This document shows, piece by piece, positions 10,056 through 19,900 of a stretch of DNA of 64,000 bases. The stretch comes from Candidatus Altimarinota bacterium. GTDB taxonomy: Bacteria; Patescibacteriota; Gracilibacteria; UBA1369. The stretch's first letter is position 1. Each line of letters opens with the position of its first letter. The notes under the pieces were generated by a model. That model was not told the origin of the DNA, did not search any database, and worked only from the letters and a program-made list of their open reading frames with translations. Where the stretch lies: contig OY782391.1 in the NCBI GenBank assembly GCA_963677745.1, positions 800,001-864,000 on the forward strand. Reading direction: 5' to 3'. A program made the position numbers and the translations under genes.

Positions 10056-10159
10056 ATTTTTTAGGGTAACAAACCTTACAAACTCAAAGACTATCACCAG
10101 AATTCAAAAAAGCCAAATCCACAAGCGGAAAGACTGTAATTAAAGAACATAAATTCGTT

Positions 10160-10188
10160 TTGACAACAACGCCTGAAAGATGTATCTT
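10160..10188 (+). promoter_or_regulatory. Sigma70-like promoter for the RND operon
   Basis: TTGACA-17 nt-TATCTT. Confidence 0.55.
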
Positions 10189-10212
10189 TGGCGCTCCTAA
10201 ATTATTGATTAC

Positions 10213-11952
10213 ATGAAAAAATTTCGCGCCCTTATCTTTATCATCTTATTTCTGGGAGCAATTGGCTTGCTGATCTGGTATTTATCCGGCTTCATCAACA
10301 GTCAGCTGGATGCTCCGTCAAACACCAAAGAGTCCCAATCAGTCTCTACTCCAACCGCCACAGATAGCTCTTCGCCCTCAGCAGCCACTCCCGGTGAATC
10401 ATCCGATCTCGCCGAAGTAACCACGACCCGTCTTTCCTCTCTGGGAAATTCCTACTTTGAAACTATCGGCACCGTGACTTCCCGTGGCACTGTCAGCGTC
10501 TATCCACTGGCCTCGGGCTCGGTTAAAAAAGTCAATTTTCAGGAAGGTGATTATGTCAAAGCAGGTGACGTCCTGCTGGAAATAACCGGCGCCAATCTGT
10601 CCGATCATCTTGCGACTACACAGCTGCAGATTGCTCAGACTACTCTCGCCAATGCCAGGGCTTCCTATGAAAATCTTCAGAAAACCAGCGCCGAGAGTCT
10701 CCGCACTGCCGGTCTTCAATTGCAAAGCGCCACCAATCAGGCTTCCGCCATTCAGTATGACCTGGCGGTGATTGAAAACAACAGATCCGCTTTGGAAGAT
10801 TCTCTGGGCCTCCTGCAGGATTCTTTCAACAACACCGAGGATAAAAACAACCGTGATCAGTACAAAGCTGAACGGGATATCGACAATCTGATTTTCACAC
10901 TGAATGCCGCCCAGGACGACCGTTCGCGTAATCAGCGGCAACTGGATGATCTGGAAAATCAGTTGCAGAATCTCCAGTCACAGACATCCGATCCGGCCAA
11001 TCCGCAGATTGCAGCTCTGCAGACCAGTATTTCCAAAATTGAAACCGCCCTGGCCGCCCAGGACAAAGGTATCGAAGAATTATATGTTGCCATAGATAAA
11101 GCCCGTTACGGCTACAGTACCGCCGAGAATGGCGCCAACCTTGGAGAAAATACCGTGCAGGGACAAATAGTCACTGCGGAAAACCAGGCCCGCGTTCTGG
11201 ATCTTACCCTGGAATCAACCAGGACCAAGCTCGGTTATACCGGCGATTCCAGTGATGCTTTGCTGCTTGCCAGGCAGGCTTACCAGGCCACCAAAGTCCA
11301 GTTGCAAACCGCCTTGGACAGCGCCGAAAACGCCATCAAACTGGCCGAACTGAATGTTGAACTGGCCAACAATCAGGCCGCCGCCCTCCAGGTCAAAGCC
11401 CCTTTTGCCGGCATCATCACCGTCCTCGATCTCTATCCCGGTCAGTCCGTCAACCCCCAGCTGGCGGCGGCCGAAATCATTGATCCACAGAGCTTCCAGC
11501 TCAAAGCCGGCGTTGATATCAGTACCGCTGAACGGATCTCCTCAACTTCACCCGCTTTGATCGAACTGGGCGGACGCACCATCGAAGTACCCGTTAAATC
11601 GGTTTCCCTGAAAGTGGATGACAAAACCAAACTGGTCAATGTAACGCTGGCTCTGCCCAATATCTTCTTCAAGATCAATCAGAATCTGAAAGTTAAATTA
11701 CCTCTCTCCACCGCTTCCGGTCTTTCGTCCGGAACCAGTTATCTGCCTTTGGATGCCGTTGTCATCGGGACGGAGAGCCAGTTTGTGTATATCAATGACG
11801 GCGGAAAAACCAAAAAAGTTGAGGTGAAAATAGGCCAGGTTTCCGGTGACCAGATTGAAATTCTTTCCGGACTGCCCGCCGACGCCGAAATAATCCTGAC
11901 CGGAGCCAAGAATCTGGCCGAAGGGCAGGAAATCAAAGTTGTAAATTCCTAA
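10213..11952 (+). CDS. RND efflux membrane fusion (adaptor) protein with long coiled coil
   Basis: N-terminal TM, lipoyl halves (GDYVKAGDVL; VKAPFAGII), C-terminal V.IG...IEILSGL. Confidence 0.9.
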   Translation: MKKFRALIFIILFLGAIGLLIWYLSGFINSQLDAPSNTKESQSVSTPTATDSSSPSAATPGESSDLAEVTTTRLSSLGNSYFETIGTVTSRGTVSVYPLASGSVKKVNFQEGDYVKAGDVLLEITGANLSDHLATTQLQIAQTTLANARASYENLQKTSAESLRTAGLQLQSATNQASAIQYDLAVIENNRSALEDSLGLLQDSFNNTEDKNNRDQYKAERDIDNLIFTLNAAQDDRSRNQRQLDDLENQLQNLQSQTSDPANPQIAALQTSISKIETALAAQDKGIEELYVAIDKARYGYSTAENGANLGENTVQGQIVTAENQARVLDLTLESTRTKLGYTGDSSDALLLARQAYQATKVQLQTALDSAENAIKLAELNVELANNQAAALQVKAPFAGIITVLDLYPGQSVNPQLAAAEIIDPQSFQLKAGVDISTAERISSTSPALIELGGRTIEVPVKSVSLKVDDKTKLVNVTLALPNIFFKINQNLKVKLPLSTASGLSSGTSYLPLDAVVIGTESQFVYINDGGKTKKVEVKIGQVSGDQIEILSGLPADAEIILTGAKNLAEGQEIKVVNS

Positions 11953-11977
11953 GTCCCCAGCGACACCACACAGCATC

Positions 11978-14900
11978 ATGATGCCAAATCCCCCCACCAA
12001 TGAACGGCCCGAAAAAGAGCAAAAAGACTCTGACTCAATCTACCTGAGCCAGCTCACTTTCGATCCGGCCAAGGCCAACAAATTTCTTAATTTTCTGCTG
12101 ACCAATGTCCGGGTAATTGCACTTTTCATCATCGGCATTCTACTCTGGGGATTTTATTCTTTTAATGTCCTGCCGCTTGAATCCATGCCGGAGGTAAAGA
12201 TACCTTACGCCATTGTCTCGGTCAGCCTGCCGGGGGCCAGCCCCTCTGATGTGGAGGAATTGGTGGTGAAAAAAATCGAAAACAAAATCGCCAACCTTTC
12301 GGGGGTAAAAACCATGTCTGCCACGGCTATGAATTCTTTTGCCAGTGTCAGGGTGGAATTCCGCGCCGAGGAGGATTTAAAAGAAGCTATCCGCAGATTG
12401 CGTGACGCTGTGGCCAATCTCAAGGCAGACCTTCCGAGTGACGCTTCCGAACCGGTAGTCAGCGAAGTGGCCATCAGCAACTCCCCCGTCTGGACTATGG
12501 TCATGACCGGACCCTATGATAATTTTGCTTTACGCCGCTACGCCCAAGATCTCAAAGATGAATTTCTTAAACTCCCGGGAACCAGTGAGGTGAATATCAG
12601 TGGCGGGGATGAAACGGAAATACGGGTTACCTACGACCCTCAAAAACTGGATCTCTATGGTCTTTCCATGGATCAGATTAACGCCGTGGTAAAAGCCAAC
12701 AACATTACTTTGCCGCTTGGCACCATCAATGTCGGCAACTTTGAATATACGCTGCGGCTGGACGGCAAATTTAAAAACGTCGCGGAATTGAGGGACCTGC
12801 CGGTTGGTACTTTCGGGACTTCCGTTATTTATTTAAAAGACGTCGCGGACGTGGTGGAGCGGGCGGCGGAGCGCAAGTCGACCACCCATTTTTCCATCGC
12901 CGGCGGCCAGCCGCAAAACGCCGTCTCGATCAGCTTGGTCAAGAAAACCGGTTTTTCCATCGTCGAGCTGATTGACCAGGGAAAAGTTAAGATCGAGACT
13001 CTGAAAAAAGACCATTTCCCCGCCGACCTGTACGTTGAAACCACTTACGACATGTCGGACACCATTCGCGAGGATTTCAACAATCTCAGTCATGAAGCAC
13101 TCAATACCATTATTCTGGTGACCATCATCCTGTTCCTGTTCGTCGGACTCAAAGAAGCTTTTACCGCCGGTATTGTTATTCCTCTGGTATTCGCTTCGAC
13201 TTTTGGATTGATGGCCGCCGCCGGTCAGACTTTGAACTTTCTTTCTCTCTTTTCCCTGATACTTTCGCTTGGTTTGCTGGTGGACGACGCCATCGTCGTG
13301 GTACAGGCCACCAAACAGTATATGTCTACCGGCAAATTCACGCCGGAGGAAGCGGTGTTACTGGTTTTCAAAGATTTCTTTGCCATTATTCTGACCACCT
13401 CTCTTACCACCATCTTTGCCTTTTTGCCCCTGGTACTGGCCACCGGAATTATCGGACAGTTCATCCGCGCCATTCCTATCACCACTTCACTCACTCTGGC
13501 CGCTTCCACCATCATTGCCATCACTATCAACCATCCGATGGCGGCCATACTGGAGAGATTCAGGATGACCAGAAAATCATTCAAAATAGCCATTATAATT
13601 TTTATTGCGCTGTTTGTCTGGTCACTGCTATCGGCTATTCAGGGGTCTGTGATTGCCATTGTTTTGACGGCCATTTTCCTCTTTTTGATCATATCTCTTC
13701 TGCTGGCTTATCGCCGCGCGCTTAAACAATATTTTCTGGAAAACGAACGGCATCTGCTGGAAGAGCAGGCCTTGCCGGAAAAAATCAGGGAAAAACTGCA
13801 GCATCATTATGCTCCGGAAACCCAGAAAAACTGGTGGGTGAAAGCAACCAGCGGTCTGGTCAAACTGGAAAAAATCATGCCGTCCTACGAAAGACTGCTC
13901 AACAGCTTTCTGAAAAATAAAATCCGTTCCTACCTCCTGATTGTTGTCCTAATCATTATATTTCTGGGATCGCTCCTGTTACCGGCCACCGGCATTCTCA
14001 AATCCGAATTTCTGGCCGCCTCGGACCAGGATCTGATGTACTTGAGCATCGAGGGCCCACCCGGATTACTGCTGGAAGATACCCAGAAAATTGCCGACCA
14101 GGTGCAGCAAATATTATTGGAAGAAAAACAGCTTAAAAATTTCTCCGTGACCGTGGGGGCAGCCGGTGTCAGTCTGAAAGGCGGAGGATTGACGGGGGGA
14201 GGAGCGGGCAGTGGAGGACAGACTAATAAAGCCCAATTCGCCATCAATCTCCTGCCGGAAAATGAACGTCCGGTTAAACAAAAATCCTATGTTTATGCCC
14301 AGGAATTGCGTAAAAAACTGGCCGGTATAAAAGGTGCCACGATTACTCTGGAAGAGCTGAGTGGAGGGCCTCCATCCGGATCGGATTTTGAAGTCCGTTT
14401 CAGCGGTGAGGATCTGGTTAAGCTGGAACAGCTGGCCAATCAATACAAAGGATATCTGGCGGACATACCGGGAACCGTCAACATCAAGACCAGTCTGTCC
14501 CTCAGTCCCGGAGAATTTACCATCAAGCTCAAACCGCAGGAAATGCAACTCAGGAGTATCACTCCCGCTCAACTGGCCGGCACTTTGCGCACTGCCGTTT
14601 CCGGAGGAGATCTGGCCAAAATTATTGAAGGCGAGGATGAAATTCAGATCAAGGCTGAATATGCGGAAAACTCTGTCAACAGTCTGGATGCTTTAAAATC
14701 ACTTCCCCTCATTAACAGCAAAGGACAAAAATTCCAGTTCTCCGAGGTGGCCGAGATCAGTCTGGGGTCATCACTCACTTCCATTAGCCGTATGGACCAG
14801 AAGCGCGTGGTGGTCCTGTCAGCCAGCGTAGTCAAACCTGTGCTGCCCGGAGAGGTACTGGCTAAATTCCAGAAAATTCTCAATGAAAAACCTTTGCCCC

Positions 14901-15500
14901 AAGGCTACACCGCCATTTTCGGCGGCCAGGCCGACACCAATACCGAATCGATTTATTCCATCTTCCGCGCCATGATTGTGGCATTTATCCTGATTATTTC
15001 CATATTGGTCATCCAGTTTAATTCTTTCCGCAAAGCCATGCTGGCCCTTATGACTATTCCTCTGGCCATGTCCGGAGTGTTTTTCGGCCTCACTCTGGCC
15101 GGCTTTACTCTTTCTTTCCCGACCCTGATCGGTATCCTGGCATTGTTTGGCATTGTGGTGAAAAACGCCATCATTCTGATCGACAAAATCAATCTCAATC
15201 TGCGCGTCGGCATACCTTTTCAGGAATCCATTATTGACGCCTCCAAATCCAGGCTGGAAGCCATCTTTTTGACCAGTACCGCTACCATCATCGGTATGCT
15301 GCCGATTACCTTCTATGACGAAACCTGGCAGGGACTGGGGGGCGGCTCTCATTTTTGGCCTCTCCACCTCCACCGTTCTGACCCTGCTCTTGATCCCCGT
15401 TCTGTTCAATCTGATCTTCGCCAAAACCGCCGCCCGTGACGCCCAAATTCAGAAAATTCGGAGAGCAGCGGCAGAAAGCCAAAAAACATCGGTTAAATAA
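11978..15500 (+). CDS. RND permease (AcrB family), frameshifted near the C-terminus
   Basis: PGASP..VE, GLLVDDAIVV, GIVVKNAI and SRLEAIFLTS motifs; last TM continues in another frame (GAALIFGLSTSTVLTLLLIPVLF) after the G6 run at 15337-15342. Confidence 0.93.
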
Positions 15501-15544
15501 TCCCGAAAAACAACCGGTTCCCGGAGCTGAATAATTCTCAACCC

Positions 15545-15571
15545 ACCCGCTTCCAAAAAAGCGGGTTTTTT
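15545..15571 (+). terminator. Rho-independent terminator
   Basis: acccgctt..aagcgggt stem followed by a T run. Confidence 0.7.
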
Positions 15572-15579
15572 GGTATAAT
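15571..15579 (+). promoter_or_regulatory. Extended -10 promoter
   Basis: TGGTATAAT about 35 nt upstream of the ATG at 15615. Confidence 0.55.
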
Positions 15580-15614
15580 ATTCAGAATATATTTAAATCA
15601 ATAAATAACTTCCC

Positions 15615-16394
15615 ATGACACCAGAAAAAGCAGCCGCGGAACAGTATCCGGATCCGGCCGGAGAATTGGAAGCCGAACAGGCCGACCGCCCGGCCAATGA
15701 TAATGCCGAAGTTGCTGCCAATGACAATGCGGAAAAACCAAAAAACAACACCGAAGCGGCAGCAGACCTTGTAAACAGCGATAAGGGCAAAGCCGCCCTG
15801 GATAAAATAAAAAAATGGGCCGAAGATCCTAAATCCGTTGAAGGTATCGGCAAATCCCTCAGCTGGCTGGACACCAGTGCTCCCATGAGGTCTTTCCGCG
15901 CCTGGTGGAACAGACGAAGCCGCCTGGCCCAATGGGCTATCATGTACGGCAGTACCGCCGCGGTTACCCCGACCCTGCTCGTACAAAACAGCGGAATCAT
16001 CCAGACCATGATAAAATTTGGCTTTATTACCTACAAGGGACATGTCAGCGAAAGCGGAGAGCCTCTGGAAGATGCCAAAAAGATGGAAGATGAAATCGAC
16101 CGGATGGGAGGTATGAGCGATTTCCTGGTCAAATATGGAGTCAAAGTCGGCAAGTATGTCTACCCGGAATTGGAAGCCGTCGAGCCATTTATTGAACCTC
16201 TGATGTCGGCCAAAGGCAGCGCCAACAAAGGTCTGCGCAACCTGCGTGCCAACATCCGCCGCCGCCGGGGCAAATTTGAACGCGAAAATTTAAAACCCGC
16301 TGATGTCGCCAATGACACCGAAGCGGCAGTTGATGATACGATCCGGCACCCGGCCATTACCGAAAGAGCCCCGGAGGAAGACCTGGCAGCCTAA
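15615..16394 (+). CDS. Hypothetical protein with ANDN motifs and C-terminal LAA
   Basis: 259-aa ORF; acidic disordered termini and a central weakly hydrophobic segment. Confidence 0.8.
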   Translation: MTPEKAAAEQYPDPAGELEAEQADRPANDNAEVAANDNAEKPKNNTEAAADLVNSDKGKAALDKIKKWAEDPKSVEGIGKSLSWLDTSAPMRSFRAWWNRRSRLAQWAIMYGSTAAVTPTLLVQNSGIIQTMIKFGFITYKGHVSESGEPLEDAKKMEDEIDRMGGMSDFLVKYGVKVGKYVYPELEAVEPFIEPLMSAKGSANKGLRNLRANIRRRRGKFERENLKPADVANDTEAAVDDTIRHPAITERAPEEDLAA

Positions 16395-16404
16395 TTTAAA
16401 ATTC

Positions 16405-16911
16405 TTGACCAACAACACACTCCAAAATCAGTCGCTGCAGTCTCTTCTGGAAATTTCCAGAAGCGTCAGACTTCTTTTGCCCGCTTACCGCCAGGTTCTG
16501 AACGAATTGGCGGCGGGTGACAATCTGGCCATGCAGAAGGCTGTCTTGATGATCCTTAAAAGGGAAAAACCCGCCGATCTGCAAAGCGTTTATTTTACCG
16601 AGGAAGTGTTGAGGAATTTTGTGGAGAAAAATCTCCAAATATCACAAACGCCTGGCTTGCTGCAGGAGTACCGGGATTACGCCCGCCAGCTGATCAACAA
16701 TTTTTTGTTTTTCAATGAAAAAGAAAAAGCCGAAATCCTCCCCTATCTTGACACTCTGGATTTGGCGGGGCTGAAAAAACTGATTGAACTTTACCGGCTG
16801 GGTCATCACAAACAGGCCCAGTATTTACAGACTTTCGCTGAAAAAGATCCCAAAACAGCAGTGAAGTTCAGCGTCATTTTGCATCAAAACACCAAAACAA
16901 CGAAAGAATAA
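16405..16911 (+). CDS. Small alpha-helical hypothetical protein
   Basis: Part of ORF 16303..16911; TTG at 16405 chosen because it follows the upstream stop and an AT-rich spacer. Confidence 0.7.
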   Translation: MTNNTLQNQSLQSLLEISRSVRLLLPAYRQVLNELAAGDNLAMQKAVLMILKREKPADLQSVYFTEEVLRNFVEKNLQISQTPGLLQEYRDYARQLINNFLFFNEKEKAEILPYLDTLDLAGLKKLIELYRLGHHKQAQYLQTFAEKDPKTAVKFSVILHQNTKTTKE

Positions 16912-16925
16912 CAAATATTTTCCCG

Positions 16926-19900
16926 ATGGCACCAGGCGACCAACAACAACAGCAACCGCAATTGCCGGATCCGAATTCTCCGGAGGCCCGCGAACGTGCC
17001 CAGAAAGAAGGTGCGGCAGAAAAAAAAGAAGACCTGCGCGCCGAGACATTGAGCTCTCTGCAGGCCAACGCCAAAACCGAGGTGACCAAATCGGCGGCCG
17101 AGCTGGCTTCTTCCGGCCAGAAAGACGTGGAAGGACCGGTGATCAGTCATCTGCAGACCTATTTTCAGGGAAACATTGATCGCTTTGATGCCGACAAGGA
17201 CGGCCGTATCAGCAGACCGGAAGCCGACGCTTTCAGGGACAAAATGATGGCCAAGACCCGGGAGCTTTTGGGCGGTTTGAAAAAAGGGGCCGAAGAGCAG
17301 AAAAAAACGGCGGAAGCTGTTTCCAAAGTCGAAGCATTGAGTGCCAAAGAAGTTTCCGACAACCTCAATTCGGTAAAAGATTTGCCCGAAAACGCGGGCT
17401 ATCAGGAATCAATGCAGCAGCTTCAGGCTATCCAGATGCAGAATACCGCTTTCCAGCAAAGCGTCGGGGAACAAATTTCCTCGATCCGGGAATTTGGCGC
17501 AAGTTACCAGAAATTTCAGGAACAGCAGTCCGGCTGGCATGCCTGGGGACAGGTTTGGGATGCGGTTTTCAATAGTTCCAAACGGGACCAGTGGATAGCC
17601 GAAATGAATGGCAAACTGGAAAGCACCAAAGCCGCCGCCAACCAGGCTTTATCCCAGCTGGAGGCAAAAAATAAAATTCTGACCGCCAACGGCCAAAAAA
17701 TTCAGAAGGCCATTGCCGCCGAGCGTGCCAAAGCCATTGAAACCCGTGACCGGCAGGCCGCCGAAATTGAGGCCCAGAAAGGAAAAATGGGCAAAGAAGT
17801 GGATGAAAAAAAGGCCAAATACGGTGAACTGGAAAAAGCCAAACAGGGAATGGAAGGCCGCAAAAAAGAAATAATTGAAAAACAGGCCAAAAACGCCGAC
17901 CTGAAAAAAGCCTGGCAGGGTACCAAAGAAGAGGAAAATCTGAATCTCAAACAGCAGGAATACCAGTCCTCCCGAGGAGAAATCGAGGAGCAGGTCAAGG
18001 CCTATGAACTTATTTTAAATGATCCCAATGTACCCAAGGAGGCCAAGGACCAGATCCAGCCGGAATATCAAAAAGCTCTTAAAAATCAGAAAGACGTCAA
18101 TACAGGACTGCAGGTTATTGATTTGAAACAAAAACGCGGCCAGCAGGTCGACGTGCAGATGGATCAGGGCCAGCAGGCAGCCGCCAAAGAACTGGAAACG
18201 GCCGAAGGTCATCTCCGCAGACAGGGTGAAACGCTGACCTCACTCGGAACAAATATCCAGAGAATGGAGGAACTGCAACTCCAGTACGCCACGGAGTCGG
18301 AGCAGGTAAACACATACTATAACGGCAAGGTTACCGAACTTGATAAATTGAGCGAAGACATCTCCGGCTATGTGCTGGACAGCGCCATGGGGCGCAATCA
18401 GGCTATCGGCGTTCTCCGCACCGCCACCGAAAGTATCAACAACCTGAAGGTGGAAGTAAACAGTGCCTGGAACCCCCTCAATCTGGTTCAGGGAACTTTC
18501 TCCGGAGTTGCCGGCTGGTTTTCGGATTTCGGCAAATGGATAGATGGAGGAATGCACAATGCCGCGCAGGAATCTTCCGGTGTGACACATGTCCTGGTTC
18601 AGGTCGGGCAGTTCTTTACCGGAATAGTCAGCGGAGCCAGTGAAATGGTCGGAGGTCTTTTTACCATGGTAGCCCACCCTCTCGACACACTCAAAGGGCT
18701 TGGCACATTGGTTGGAATAGATGCCAACGAAGGCACCTGGACGGTCAAAACACTTGGTGAAGGATGGAAAAATCTTTTTAAAACTTTATTTGCCTTTGAG
18801 GATTTTGAAAAAGGAGATGTCGGTACCGGACTCGGAAAAATCGGGATAAACGTTGCTTCGATGTTTATCGGCGTCGGTGAAGTTGGCGGGGCTGCCAAAG
18901 TTGGGGCGGCCGCAGCCAAAGTCGGTTCCGTCGCCGCTGCCAAGACCGCGGCTGCGGCCGCCAGGATCGCCGCCATCGATGCCGCCAAGGCGGCCGCCCT
19001 GGCCGGCGGCAAAGTGGCCGCTGGAACAGCCGTCAAGGTTGGCCGATTCACAGGGGTTGGCGCGGCCACCTGGGCTTTTGCCAAAACTCTGGTCACCGAA
19101 ATGAAACCGCAGTTCGCCGTCAGAGCCGGAGAAGATGCAGCAGTGGCCGCCAGACTGGGCGAAAACGCCACCTGGGCAGCCACCAAAAGTGTTGCCTCCT
19201 CTGCCTGGAGCGGGGTTAAAGCTATCCCCTCGGCTACCAAAAACTTTGTAGTCGACACCTTGCCCAAAGCAGCCAAAAGCGCCGTGAAATCGAGTGCCAA
19301 AATGGCCGGCGACCTGGTGATGTTTCCACCCAAAGTTCTCTACAATACCGGAAAAACTATTTACAAACTGGCCCGCGACGGATTCCGTCCGGGAACCTCT
19401 GAAGCTGTCCAGAAGGCCGCTCGCGTTTCCAAGGCCACCAGGGCTCTGGAAGAAGCCACTGAAAACGGCCGTTATGTGGAAGCCCGTCAGAGAATAGACG
19501 AGGTGATTTCCAAAGACACCGCTAAAGGCGGTCTGGCCGAAAGGGCCGCTGCCATTGATCAGCAAATAGCCAAAACACCTCAAATCAATTTATCCGAGCA
19601 CAGCCGGCTGGCCATGGAAAGAGCCTCAGTGGAAGCCGAAGCGGCCTCCCGATTGGCTTCCACGGCCGAAGGTGCGGCCCTGGCCGATAGCTATGTCAAA
19701 GTCAGACAGGGCAGCGAAGTCCTTCAAAAAGAAATGGATGATCTGGCGGCAGCCGCAGGCAAAGAAGCCGAAGCGGTTACTTCCAACCAGCGTTATAAAG
19801 TTGATTTTGAAGAGCATGAAGCCTTGAGGACACAAAGAAATTCAGCCCAACATGAATTGGACAGATTGAAAAAAGATCCCGCCTCCGATCCTGCTTTGCT

